DNA from: Alphaproteobacteria bacterium
Lineage (GTDB): Bacteria > Pseudomonadota > Alphaproteobacteria > JBBDQX01
Length of the DNA: 64,000 nt
Reading direction: 5' to 3'
Assembly (NCBI GenBank): GCA_965601735.1
Contig: OZ271840.1
Span: 910,590-974,589, forward strand
Of the stretch, positions 9,959-18,376 are shown in pieces. How positions within the stretch are numbered: the first letter of the stretch is position 1; the number at the start of each line of letters is the position of its first letter. The notes below the pieces were generated by a model, which was given only the letters and a program-made list of their open reading frames with translations, was not told where the DNA came from and did no database searches. Both the position numbers and the translations under genes were made by a program.

Positions 9959-10545
9959 GCGATCTGGCACGCCTCGCCGAAGTCGAGGCGCGGGCTGCGC
10001 GGATGCAGGCCGCGCGGATCGCCGTGGCCTAGGTTGCAAAGGAAGTTCGCCTGCACCTGACCATCCGGAAAGAAGGCCGCCTCAACGGCCGCTTTGTCGA
10101 AGCCGGACATCGGACCGCAATCAAGCCCGAGCGCCCGGGCCGCCATGATAAGATAGGCTCCCTGCAGGGTGCCGTTGCGGAACGCCGTCTCCGCGGCGAC
10201 TGTGGGGTCGTCGGCGAACCAAGCGCGTGCATCGGTGTGGGGATAGAGATCGGGCAGCCGGTCATAGAATCGGCTGTCATGGCCGATGATCACTGTGACT
10301 GGTGCGGACATGGTCTGGTCCACATTCCCGTCCATCAGACAGGGCTTAAGGCGCGCCTTCGCCTCGGGCGACCGCACGAAGATGAAGCGGCCCGGCGAGC
10401 AGTTTGCGCTGGTTGGGCCCATGCGCACCAGCGCGTACAACCTTTCCAGGGTGTCGTCTGCGATGTCGCGGCTAGCCCAATGGCTGAAGGTTCGCGCTTC
10501 GTGAAACAGGGTGTCGAGGGTCGAAGGATCAACGGGCTGCCCCAT
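9955..10545 (-). CDS. Nitroreductase-family protein, RutE-like malonic semialdehyde reductase
   Basis: 196-aa ORF: ..[11 protein letters not shown].., ..[18 protein letters not shown].. matches the RutE/YdjA-like nitroreductase pattern. Confidence 0.75.
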   Translation of the reverse strand: MGQPVDPSTLDTLFHEARTFSHWASRDIADDTLERLYALVRMGPTSANCSPGRFIFVRSPEAKARLKPCLMDGNVDQTMSAPVTVIIGHDSRFYDRLPDLYPHTDARAWFADDPTVAAETAFRNGTLQGAYLIMAARALGLDCGPMSGFDKAAVEAAFFPDGQVQANFLCNLGHGDPRGLHPRSPRLDFGEACQIA

Positions 10546-10668
10546 GGCGTAGCTCTCTCAGTCGGCAGGAAAGGCCCGGGCCGCAGCCGCGTTTCAACGC
10601 GTCTTGTCGGACCCCGAGACGGCGGCCACAATAGCGGTGCGTACCGGAGATAACGAGCGCTGAATGGT

Positions 10669-11715
10669 ATGAATACGATTACGACCGCTTACGTGCACCG
10701 GCGCCTTCGGGCGGCCGCTTGGATCCTGGCCATCCTTTTCGGCCTGCTGGCGCCGCCAGCGATCGCGGCACAATCCGCGGTCGTCTTCATGTACCACCGC
10801 TTCGGCGAGACCACCCACCCAAGCACCAATATCCGTCTTGAGCAATTCGAGGCGCATCTGGAGGAGCTGGCCAGCGGGCGCTACACGGTGTTGGCCCTGC
10901 CAGAGATCGTCCGCCGCGTACGCGCGGGCGAGGCCCTCCCTGACCGCACCGTCGCGATCAGCATCGACGACGCGTTCACGTCGGTCTATGAAGCGGCTTG
11001 GCCGCGGCTGCGGGCGGCGGGCCTGCCATTTACCTTGTTCGTCGCCACTGATCCGATCGACCGGCGCGCCGGCGGCTATATGCGCTGGGGACAGATCAGG
11101 GAGCTGGCCAATGCCGGTGTCACCATTGGCAGCCAGACGGCGACGCACCCGCACATGCCAACGCTCTCGCTGGATCGCAATCGCGCGGAGCTGGAGAAGT
11201 CGAACGCTCGCTTCGAGGCAGAACTTGGCGCGGCGCCGACCTTGCTCGCCTACCCATACGGCGAGACAAGCGCGGCGATCATGGCGCTAGCCGAAGAGAT
11301 CGGCTTCGAGGCTGCCTTCGGACAGCATTCAGGTGTCGTGCATCCGGGGGATCACCGCTTCTACCTGCCGCGCTTCGCTTTGAACGAACAGTTCGGCGAC
11401 CGCGCGCGCTTTGTACTGGGGGCGGGGGCATTGCCGCTGCCGGTCAGTGACGTGACTCCCTCGGACCCGCTGCTGCGAACCCAACTGCCGGCATTCGGCT
11501 TCACGGTCGATCCGGGCCTCGGCGACCTGGCGGGACTTGCCTGCTACGCCTCTGGTCAGGGACGCGCGCGGCTTGAGCGACTCGGCGAGCGGCGCGTTGA
11601 GGTCAGGTTGGAGGAGCCACTGCCGCGCGGCCGAGCACGCATCAACTGTACGATGCCGGGCCCCGAGAATCGCTGGCGCTGGTACGGGCGCCAATTCTAT
11701 GTGATGCCGCGCTAG
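10669..11715 (+). CDS. Polysaccharide deacetylase (NodB homology) family protein, exported
   Basis: N-terminal signal/TM (AAAWILAILFGLLAPPAIAAQS), then FMYHRFGE.., ..ISIDDAF.. and ..ATHPHM.. motifs of the NodB fold. Confidence 0.8.
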   Translation: MNTITTAYVHRRLRAAAWILAILFGLLAPPAIAAQSAVVFMYHRFGETTHPSTNIRLEQFEAHLEELASGRYTVLALPEIVRRVRAGEALPDRTVAISIDDAFTSVYEAAWPRLRAAGLPFTLFVATDPIDRRAGGYMRWGQIRELANAGVTIGSQTATHPHMPTLSLDRNRAELEKSNARFEAELGAAPTLLAYPYGETSAAIMALAEEIGFEAAFGQHSGVVHPGDHRFYLPRFALNEQFGDRARFVLGAGALPLPVSDVTPSDPLLRTQLPAFGFTVDPGLGDLAGLACYASGQGRARLERLGERRVEVRLEEPLPRGRARINCTMPGPENRWRWYGRQFYVMPR

Positions 11716-11731
11716 GTGGGGCGCTGACCGA

Positions 11732-12775
11732 TTAGGCGAGGGTTTCCGGGCCGGCGATGCGCAGCGGTTCGCGGTCCAGTTCTTCGAGCTTGTTGACCCG
11801 GATGATGGTCCGCAACGCGTCGATGTAAGCCATCCCGATCTCCGAATAGCGGATCAGCGTTCCGGCAAGCCGGTCCCCATCTACCAACTGGCCCGCAGCG
11901 CGCATGGCGGCGCGGTCTCGGCGCAGGTCGGCATAGGCCTCATGGGTATTGAGGTTGGTGACGTAAGACCATACCGAGTCGATCAAGGTGTCGAAGGCAC
12001 GCACCTTGAAGGTGCCATCCTCGGGCCGGTCTTCCGGGACAATGCCGTTCCCGCGCCAGGTGCGCTGCCCAAAGATGGCATTGCCTTCCTGGGCAAACCG
12101 GGACGTGCCCCAGCCGCTTTCTTTCGCTGCCTGCGCGAGCGCTAGAGACGGCGGGACCACATCGACTCGAGACAGCAGGTCATCGAAATCGCCTCGCGCA
12201 GCGCCATAGCGGTCACTGATTGAGTCCAGCCAAGCCTGATCCTCGGCGACGAGGACCCGGCCCGTAGCGGCACGCGCGCGCAAATCCTCGATGCGCTGGC
12301 GCTTCGACAGCACCACCTCGTTGACCCGTGCGATCAAAGGCAGCATGGCTTGGAAGAACAGGCGCTTGCGCTCGTCGACCGATTGTACCCCAGCAAGATC
12401 GCGCGGAAGCCTCGCCAGAAGCATTCGCGGGACCGGCGCTGCCCCGCTGCGTACATCGGCCCAGTCGAAGCCGATCTTGTCGTTTAGCTTTTCTTGGCCA
12501 GCTGCGGTGTTGATGGCCGTAACCGCAACCTTGCGAACGCCGCCGAGCGCCCATCCTTTCGGGTCGGCGGGACGAACCAGGGTCGCAGGAACCTTGCCAG
12601 AGACGAGGGCGAGTTCGACATGGTCTACTGCGCCGCCGCCGGGATAGAGGGCCCAGCCATAAAGCCCCGCCACCATCAGCAGCAGCAGGGCAACGGCGCG
12701 GCCATGAAAACGGTCCGCGGCGTCTCCGCGCCGCGCAAACAAAGGCAGTCTCATCGATACCCTCCTGCCCCACAC
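11732..12775 (-). CDS. Glucosaminidase-domain protein (Bax/FlgJ-like muramidase family)
   Basis: N-terminal TM anchor. C-terminal ..LALAQAAKESGWGTSRFAQEGNAIFGQ.. is typical of mannosyl-glycoprotein endo-beta-N-acetylglucosaminidase domains. Confidence 0.75.
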   Translation of the reverse strand: MWGRRVSMRLPLFARRGDAADRFHGRAVALLLLMVAGLYGWALYPGGGAVDHVELALVSGKVPATLVRPADPKGWALGGVRKVAVTAINTAAGQEKLNDKIGFDWADVRSGAAPVPRMLLARLPRDLAGVQSVDERKRLFFQAMLPLIARVNEVVLSKRQRIEDLRARAATGRVLVAEDQAWLDSISDRYGAARGDFDDLLSRVDVVPPSLALAQAAKESGWGTSRFAQEGNAIFGQRTWRGNGIVPEDRPEDGTFKVRAFDTLIDSVWSYVTNLNTHEAYADLRRDRAAMRAAGQLVDGDRLAGTLIRYSEIGMAYIDALRTIIRVNKLEELDREPLRIAGPETLA

Positions 12776-12853
12776 AGACCCAAAGCCGCGCCGTAGGCGG
12801 CGGCCTCCCCGTGGGTCCGGGAACCCTCAATCGCTTCCATTCTAGAACGGAAA

Positions 12854-12882
12854 CCGCGGCCGTGCGATGGCGGTCGCGGCAA
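12854..12882 (-). terminator. Weak candidate stem-loop just downstream of the NifU-like gene
   Basis: Arms ccgcggccg (12854..12862) and cggtcgcgg (12871..12879) pair with one mismatch. On the minus-strand RNA it is followed by TTTCCGTTC. Weak. Confidence 0.25.
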
Positions 12883-12888
12883 ACCGGA

Positions 12889-13443
12889 TCAGGCCTCGAT
12901 GGGCTCCACCGAGACGACCTCCGGCACGTAGTGGCGCAACATGTTCTCGATGCCGTACTTCAATGTCGCCGTAGAGCTCGGGCATCCAGAGCAAGCGCCC
13001 TGCATGTGCAGATAAACCACTCCATCGCGGAATTCTCGAAAGGTTATGTCGCCGCCATCCATCGCCACCGCCGGGCGTACCCGGGTATCCAGCAGCTCCT
13101 TGATCTGGGCGACGATCTCATCCTCGTCCTCGTCTGCCTCTAGAGTGTCTGCGGCAGTCTCCAGCAGCACCGGCTGGCCGGAGGTGAAATGGTCCATGAT
13201 CGCGCCGAGCACCTCAGGCTTCAGCACCTGCCATTCCCGGTCTTCCGCCTTGGCAACGGTGACGAAATCTGAGCCGAGGAACACGCCGGTCACCCCATCT
13301 ACTGCGAAAAGCCGCTGCGCCAGAGGCGAGCGCTCTGCCTCTGCGGCATCGGCGAAATCGGCGGTTACAGCCCCTCCGACTTCGCGGCCAGGGATGAACT
13401 TCAAAGTCGCCGGATTTGGGGTTGGCTCGGTCTGGATGAACAT
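12889..13443 (-). CDS. NifU-family Fe-S cluster scaffold/carrier (Nfu_N + NifU C-terminal domain)
   Basis: MFIQTEPTPNPATLKFIPG.. (Nfu_N) and ..VYLHMQGACSGCPSSTATLK.. (NifU CxxC). Confidence 0.88.
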   Translation of the reverse strand: MFIQTEPTPNPATLKFIPGREVGGAVTADFADAAEAERSPLAQRLFAVDGVTGVFLGSDFVTVAKAEDREWQVLKPEVLGAIMDHFTSGQPVLLETAADTLEADEDEDEIVAQIKELLDTRVRPAVAMDGGDITFREFRDGVVYLHMQGACSGCPSSTATLKYGIENMLRHYVPEVVSVEPIEA

Positions 13444-13533
13444 GTCGTTGTGTCCTGTCCGTGACGCACTGGTTCAGCCCATGCAGATAGGCCGCCGTTG
13501 GACCGGGTTCAACCCCCGTGGCATTCGGGTCCG

Positions 13534-14031
13534 TCAGGTCATGCGGCGGATATCGTCATCGCTCATATTGCCGGGAACGATGGTCATTGGCACATGCAAG
13601 CCGACGATCAGCTTGCCGGTGAACTGGCTAACCAGCGGCCCGGGGCCGCTAGGGCCGACATCGGCGCCCAGCACGAGGATAGAAATATTGGGGTCCTCAT
13701 CGATCAGCTGCAGGACCTCCTCCGGCGCTGCGCCCTCGCGGATATGCAGTAGGGGGATCTTGCGCGACAACGTGTAGACCTCTTCGCTCAGCCGCTGCAA
13801 CAAGGCTTCCGCCTCCTCACGGGCCTCCGAACGCATCAGCCGCGCCACCGAACCCCAATGCTGGAACTCAACCGGCTCGATCACCCGCAGCAGTGCTACC
13901 CGCCCGCCTGTGTTGCGTGCCCGCAAGCAAGCAAAAACGAGCGCAGCGTGCATTTCGTCGGTCTCGTCGACCACGACGAGGAAAACACGCTCATCCACAG
14001 CCTGCGTCTGGTCTTCCGTCGGTTCGCTCAT
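13534..14031 (-). CDS. Universal stress protein family protein
   Basis: 165-aa ORF with a USP-like alpha/beta pattern (..VFLVVVDETDE.., ..ILVLGA..GPGPLVS.., ..VPMTIVPG). Confidence 0.7.
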   Translation of the reverse strand: MSEPTEDQTQAVDERVFLVVVDETDEMHAALVFACLRARNTGGRVALLRVIEPVEFQHWGSVARLMRSEAREEAEALLQRLSEEVYTLSRKIPLLHIREGAAPEEVLQLIDEDPNISILVLGADVGPSGPGPLVSQFTGKLIVGLHVPMTIVPGNMSDDDIRRMT

Positions 14032-14034
14032 GCG

Positions 14035-14796
14035 TCAGGACCTCCGGAACATGGCGTTCGCCAGCCAGCCGGCAAACAACGCCATGAAGATGGCGATGAT
14101 GCCATAGAGGGCGCTGTACTGGTGGGCAAAATCATACATCGCAGCCCCGACCCCGGCCTTGGTCACCTGAAGCGGCGTCGTCCGGGTATTCACCACACGG
14201 CCATCGCGGACCAGATAGACATCGACCCGGTAGTCGCCTGTTGCCACCGAGGCGGGGAAACGAATGTTCGTGCGGAACAGCCGGTCGTCGACGAATTCGA
14301 TCCCTGTCTCGTCGCTGTAGAGGCCGTTTTCCCGCTTGAGGCGGATCAGCGCCTCGCGAAATGGCAAGCTCTCTCCGGGGCGCAGCGGTTCTGCGGGACG
14401 CGCGATGAACGCGTCGAACCCGATGCTCAGCGCCCGGCGCATCTCCACACCGAGAATCTCGTCCAGAGGACGGTTTGCGCGCACGATATAAAGGGACGGC
14501 ACGTCTGCGAAGTCCGTGCTGGGGCCGTTCACCCAGATGCCGGCCATGCGCACTTTCTCACGGACGGCGACTGTCGTGGGTGGTCCGCGGACTACCACCA
14601 CCACATCACCCTCTCCTTCGGTCGCGCCAAACAACAGCAAATCGGTGCCGGAGAAACCGGCCGTGATGGCGATCAAGTGATCGGAGAGGTCGACAGCCAA
14701 GTCGGCGGCACGGCTGCTGATCGTGGCCGCAAAGGTCGCCAGTGCCGCCAAGGCAGCCAACCCTACAAGGCTTCCTGAGAGCGCGCGGCGCATCAA
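14035..14796 (-). CDS. Alphaproteobacterial membrane protein of the TIGR02186 / Alph_Pro_TM family
   Basis: Signal peptide (..ALATFAATISSRAADL), ..TDLLLFGA..VVVVVRGP.., ..FREALIRLKRENGLY.. and a C-terminal TM helix. 4-nt overlap with the upstream TauE gene. Family assignment from memory. Confidence 0.65.
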   Translation of the reverse strand: MMRRALSGSLVGLAALAALATFAATISSRAADLAVDLSDHLIAITAGFSGTDLLLFGATEGEGDVVVVVRGPPTTVAVREKVRMAGIWVNGPSTDFADVPSLYIVRANRPLDEILGVEMRRALSIGFDAFIARPAEPLRPGESLPFREALIRLKRENGLYSDETGIEFVDDRLFRTNIRFPASVATGDYRVDVYLVRDGRVVNTRTTPLQVTKAGVGAAMYDFAHQYSALYGIIAIFMALFAGWLANAMFRRS

Positions 14797-15710
14797 AGAA
14801 GCCCCCCGACACCGAGGGAGAAAAGTTCAGCCGGCGTTGCTATCAGGTCCCAGGCGATTTTGACGCAAACAGCCATGACGATGAGGCCGAGCAGGCCGCG
14901 GACTTCCTCACCCTGCAGGCGCGAGCCGGCCCGCGCGCCGATTTGTGCGCCGATCACCGCGCCCGCCATCAGCAGCAGCGCCAGCATGACATCGACGGTT
15001 TGGTTCTGGACCGACTGCAGGAAGGTCACGTTGGCGGTGACGAAGATGATCTGGAACAGCGACGTGCCGACGACCACCGAAGTGGGCATGCCGAGGAGGT
15101 AGATCATCGCCGGCACCATGATGAAGCCGCCGCCAACACCCATGATCGCTGCCAGCACACCAACGACGAAGCCGATGGCAAGGGGGGGGATCGCGCTGAT
15201 GTAGAGCTTGGAGCGGCGGAAGCGCATCTTGAAGGGCAGGCCATGCACCCAATAGTGCTGGTGCAGCTTGCCGCGGCTCGCCGCCTTGCGCCGCTTCAGA
15301 ATGGCGCGGCCGCTCTCGAGCAGCATCAGCCCGCCAATGATGCCGAGGAAGACGACGTAACAGATAGATATGGCCAGATCGAGATGGCCGATGCCACGCA
15401 ACAGGCTGTAGAGCCAAACACCGAAGCTGGACCCGGCGAATCCGCCCACCAGCAGCACCAGCCCCATGCGGATATCGACGTTACCGCGCCGCAGATGAGC
15501 CAGCACACCGGATACCGAGGCAGCCACAATCTGGTTGGCCTCAGTGGCGACCGCGACCGCTGGCGGGATACCAATGAAGATCAGGAGCGGGGTGGTCAGG
15601 AAACCGCCGCCGACGCCAAACAGGCCGGACAAGAACCCCACGCCGCCGCCGAGCCCCAGGATCAACATCACGTTGACCGAGATTTCAGCGATCGGCAGAT
15701 AGATTTGCAT
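14793..15710 (-). CDS. TauE/SafE (DUF81) family anion exporter
   Basis: Polytopic membrane protein with duplicated GxGGG motifs (GLFGVGGGFLTTP.., ..IMGVGGGFIMVP..). Start set at ATG 15710 (MQIYLPI). Confidence 0.85.
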   Translation of the reverse strand: MQIYLPIAEISVNVMLILGLGGGVGFLSGLFGVGGGFLTTPLLIFIGIPPAVAVATEANQIVAASVSGVLAHLRRGNVDIRMGLVLLVGGFAGSSFGVWLYSLLRGIGHLDLAISICYVVFLGIIGGLMLLESGRAILKRRKAASRGKLHQHYWVHGLPFKMRFRRSKLYISAIPPLAIGFVVGVLAAIMGVGGGFIMVPAMIYLLGMPTSVVVGTSLFQIIFVTANVTFLQSVQNQTVDVMLALLLMAGAVIGAQIGARAGSRLQGEEVRGLLGLIVMAVCVKIAWDLIATPAELFSLGVGGLL

Positions 15711-15782
15711 GGTCCCCCTTCTGCGACTCGCCCGGCCGATTTGCAAGCGCAAATCCCGGCAACGTTCGTTGCGGTTCGGGGA

Positions 15783-16793
15783 TCAGGGGTCTAGGAAGCC
15801 GACGATCTCGTGCACGTCCCGCAGCACGGGGGCTGCCTTCTCACGGGCGCGCTGTGCCCCATCGTGGAGCACCGCATCCACATGGTCTGGGGCTTCAAGC
15901 AAGCGCCGCATTTCACTGGTGATCGGCTCTAGCCGCGCCACAGTTAGGTCAGCCAACTGCTGCTTGAAGTCCGAGAACTGCCCGCCGCCGAACTCACCCA
16001 GAACGGCAGCCTGGTCGGAATCGGCAAGCGCCGCGTAGATGGTCACCAGGTTGCGGGCCTCGGGACGGTCGCTTAGCCCTTCGGGCGCTTCGGGCAGCGG
16101 CTCAGGGTCGGTGCGCGCCTTGCGAATCTTCTGGGCAATCGCATCAGCGGTGTCGGTCAGGTTGATGCGCGAATAATCCGAGGGATCGGACTTTGACATC
16201 TTGGCGCTTCCATCGCGCAGGCTCATCACCCGCGCGGCCTCCTCCTGAATCAGGGGCTCGACAGTTGGAAAGAAGTCCACGCCGTAGTCGTGGTTGAATT
16301 TCTGTGCAATGTCGCGGGTTAGCTCGAGATGCTGCTTCTGATCTTCGCCAACCGGCACATGTGTTGCCTTGTAGGCGAGAATATCGGCAGCCATCAGGTT
16401 CGGGTAGACGTACAGGCCCGCGGACGCATTTTCCCGGTTCTTGCCCGCCTTTTCCTTGAACTGGGTCATGCGGTTGAGCCAGCCGATTCGCGCGACACAG
16501 TTGAACACCCAGGCCAGTTCCGCGTGGGCGGTGACACGACTCTGGTTAAACAGGATGTGGCGCGCCGGATCGATGCCCGCCGCGATCAGGCAAGCCGCAA
16601 CCTCGCGGGTGCTGGCACGCAGGTCGGCTGGATCCTGCCACAGGGTGATGGCGTGCAGATCGACGACGCAGAACAGACAGTCATGGCTGTCCTGGAGGCG
16701 GACCCAGTTGCGGATCGCGCCAAGGTAGTTGCCGAGATGCAGGTTGCCGGTGGGCTGGACGCCCGAGAAGACCAGGCTCATTTCGCTATCCAA
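15783..16793 (-). CDS. trpS: Tryptophan--tRNA ligase
   Basis: ..[17 protein letters not shown].. (HIGH region) and ..KMSKSD.. (KMSKS). Start may be ATG 16781 (MSLVFSG). Confidence 0.95.
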   Translation of the reverse strand: MDSEMSLVFSGVQPTGNLHLGNYLGAIRNWVRLQDSHDCLFCVVDLHAITLWQDPADLRASTREVAACLIAAGIDPARHILFNQSRVTAHAELAWVFNCVARIGWLNRMTQFKEKAGKNRENASAGLYVYPNLMAADILAYKATHVPVGEDQKQHLELTRDIAQKFNHDYGVDFFPTVEPLIQEEAARVMSLRDGSAKMSKSDPSDYSRINLTDTADAIAQKIRKARTDPEPLPEAPEGLSDRPEARNLVTIYAALADSDQAAVLGEFGGGQFSDFKQQLADLTVARLEPITSEMRRLLEAPDHVDAVLHDGAQRAREKAAPVLRDVHEIVGFLDP

Positions 16794-16826
16794 GCTGGCG
16801 GCGGGGCGCGCTTTATCGCCCTTGCT

Positions 16827-18371
16827 TCATTCTCGGTCAAGGAAGCCGCGCAAGTCGGCGGGCGTTGCCGCGCCGGTGAGAAGAGCAAGAAGGGCGAAAC
16901 CAATGAGCCCACCGCCGACAAGCACCCCAAGCGCCAGAACCTGGAGCGCAAGCGGCCCGGCAAGCCAGCCGCCAAGCAGACCGGCGACCGCCCACAATCC
17001 CGCGGCCATGACGGCGCTGGCAAACGCGACCCGCGGCAACCGGCTCGCCAGCCGCGCATCTACTGTAAGGTGGCCCCGCCGGCGCAGCAGCGCCGCTAAG
17101 GTCAGCGCGTTAATCCATGCCGCTACCGCGGTCGCAACCGCGATGCCGACATGCGCGAGCGGCTCCATCAGCAACAGGTTGAGCACGATGTTTATCGCGA
17201 CGCAGACCGAGGCGACCTTGACCGGCGTGACCGTGTCCTGACGGGCGAAAAAGCCAGGCGCCAGGATCTTGATCATCACATAGGCCGGCAGCCCGGCGGC
17301 GTAGGCGGCAAGCGCCGCGGCGGTGGCTGCCGCCGCCTCGGGCCCGAAGGCGCCGCGCTCGAACAACACCGTAACGATCGGCCATGGGATCGCAATCAAC
17401 GCTGCAGCGGCCGGCAGAGTCAGCAGCATGCCGACCTCGATAGCGCGGTTGAGGCTGTTCATCGCCGCTGCCTCATCGCCTGCCTTGAGCTGGCGCGAGA
17501 GGAGCGGCAGCAAGGCGGTGCCGACCGCGATCCCCACCACACCCAGCGGGAGTTGGTTCAGCCTGTCAGCAAAGAACAGGTAGGAGATCGAGCCGAACGG
17601 CAACAGCGAACCGATCACCAGATCGACCAGCAGGTTGATCTGCACCACGCCGGCGCCAATCGCCCCGGGCACCATTAGCACCACCAACCTGCGCACTTTC
17701 TTGGTCAGGCGCGGGCGGCGCGGCCGCAGGGGGGCACCGGCCCGCAGACTGGCGGCGGCCATCCATATGAACTGCGCCAGCCCGGCGCCCGCAACGCCCC
17801 AGGCCAGCGCATGAGCCGCGGTCGGCGCAAAGCGCGCGCCCCAGAGCAGCGCAGCGATAAGGCACAAATTGAGCAGGATCGGTGCGGCAGCGGCCGCGGC
17901 GAACCGGCCTAGCCCGTTCAGCACGCCGGCCATCAGCGAGACCAGAGCAATGAAAAACAGGTAGGGCATGGTGATGCGCGCGAGGTCCACGGCCAGCGCG
18001 AACCGCGCCGGCGTCTCCGTGAAGCCCGGCGCGATCACGGCGACCACCCATGGCATCGCCAGCTCCAGTGCCAAGACCAGAACCAATAACGACGCGGCGA
18101 CCACCGCCTGCGCCTGCTCGGCGAATGCACGGGCCGACGCCTGGCCCTCGGTAGTCAGTGTTCCAGCATAGAGCGGCACGAAGGCAGCATTGAACGCGCC
18201 CTCGGCAAACAGCCGACGGAAAAAATTTGGCAGCTTGAAAGCGACGAAGAAGGCGTCGGCCACTGGGCCGGCCCCCAGCATCGCCGCCATCAGTACATCG
18301 CGCACGAAACCCAGCACCCGGCTCACCAGCGTGTAGCCGCCGACGGTGGCGACTGAGCGCAGCAAGGCCAC
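16827..18371 (-). CDS. murJ: Lipid II flippase MurJ
   Basis: 514-aa polytopic protein: ..SRVLGFVRDVLMAAMLGAG..ADAFFVAFKLPNFFRRLFAEGAFNAAFVP.. Confidence 0.93.
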   Translation of the reverse strand: MALLRSVATVGGYTLVSRVLGFVRDVLMAAMLGAGPVADAFFVAFKLPNFFRRLFAEGAFNAAFVPLYAGTLTTEGQASARAFAEQAQAVVAASLLVLVLALELAMPWVVAVIAPGFTETPARFALAVDLARITMPYLFFIALVSLMAGVLNGLGRFAAAAAAPILLNLCLIAALLWGARFAPTAAHALAWGVAGAGLAQFIWMAAASLRAGAPLRPRRPRLTKKVRRLVVLMVPGAIGAGVVQINLLVDLVIGSLLPFGSISYLFFADRLNQLPLGVVGIAVGTALLPLLSRQLKAGDEAAAMNSLNRAIEVGMLLTLPAAAALIAIPWPIVTVLFERGAFGPEAAAATAAALAAYAAGLPAYVMIKILAPGFFARQDTVTPVKVASVCVAINIVLNLLLMEPLAHVGIAVATAVAAWINALTLAALLRRRGHLTVDARLASRLPRVAFASAVMAAGLWAVAGLLGGWLAGPLALQVLALGVLVGGGLIGFALLALLTGAATPADLRGFLDRE

Positions 18372-18376
18372 GGGGC

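Noticed and set aside
13444-13533. GGTTCAACCCCC, a T-loop-like sequence suggesting a tRNA in the nifU-USP spacer
   Set aside because: I could not build a matching acceptor stem or anticodon arm around it, and the T-stem pairs at only 4 positions. I judge it not to be a tRNA.
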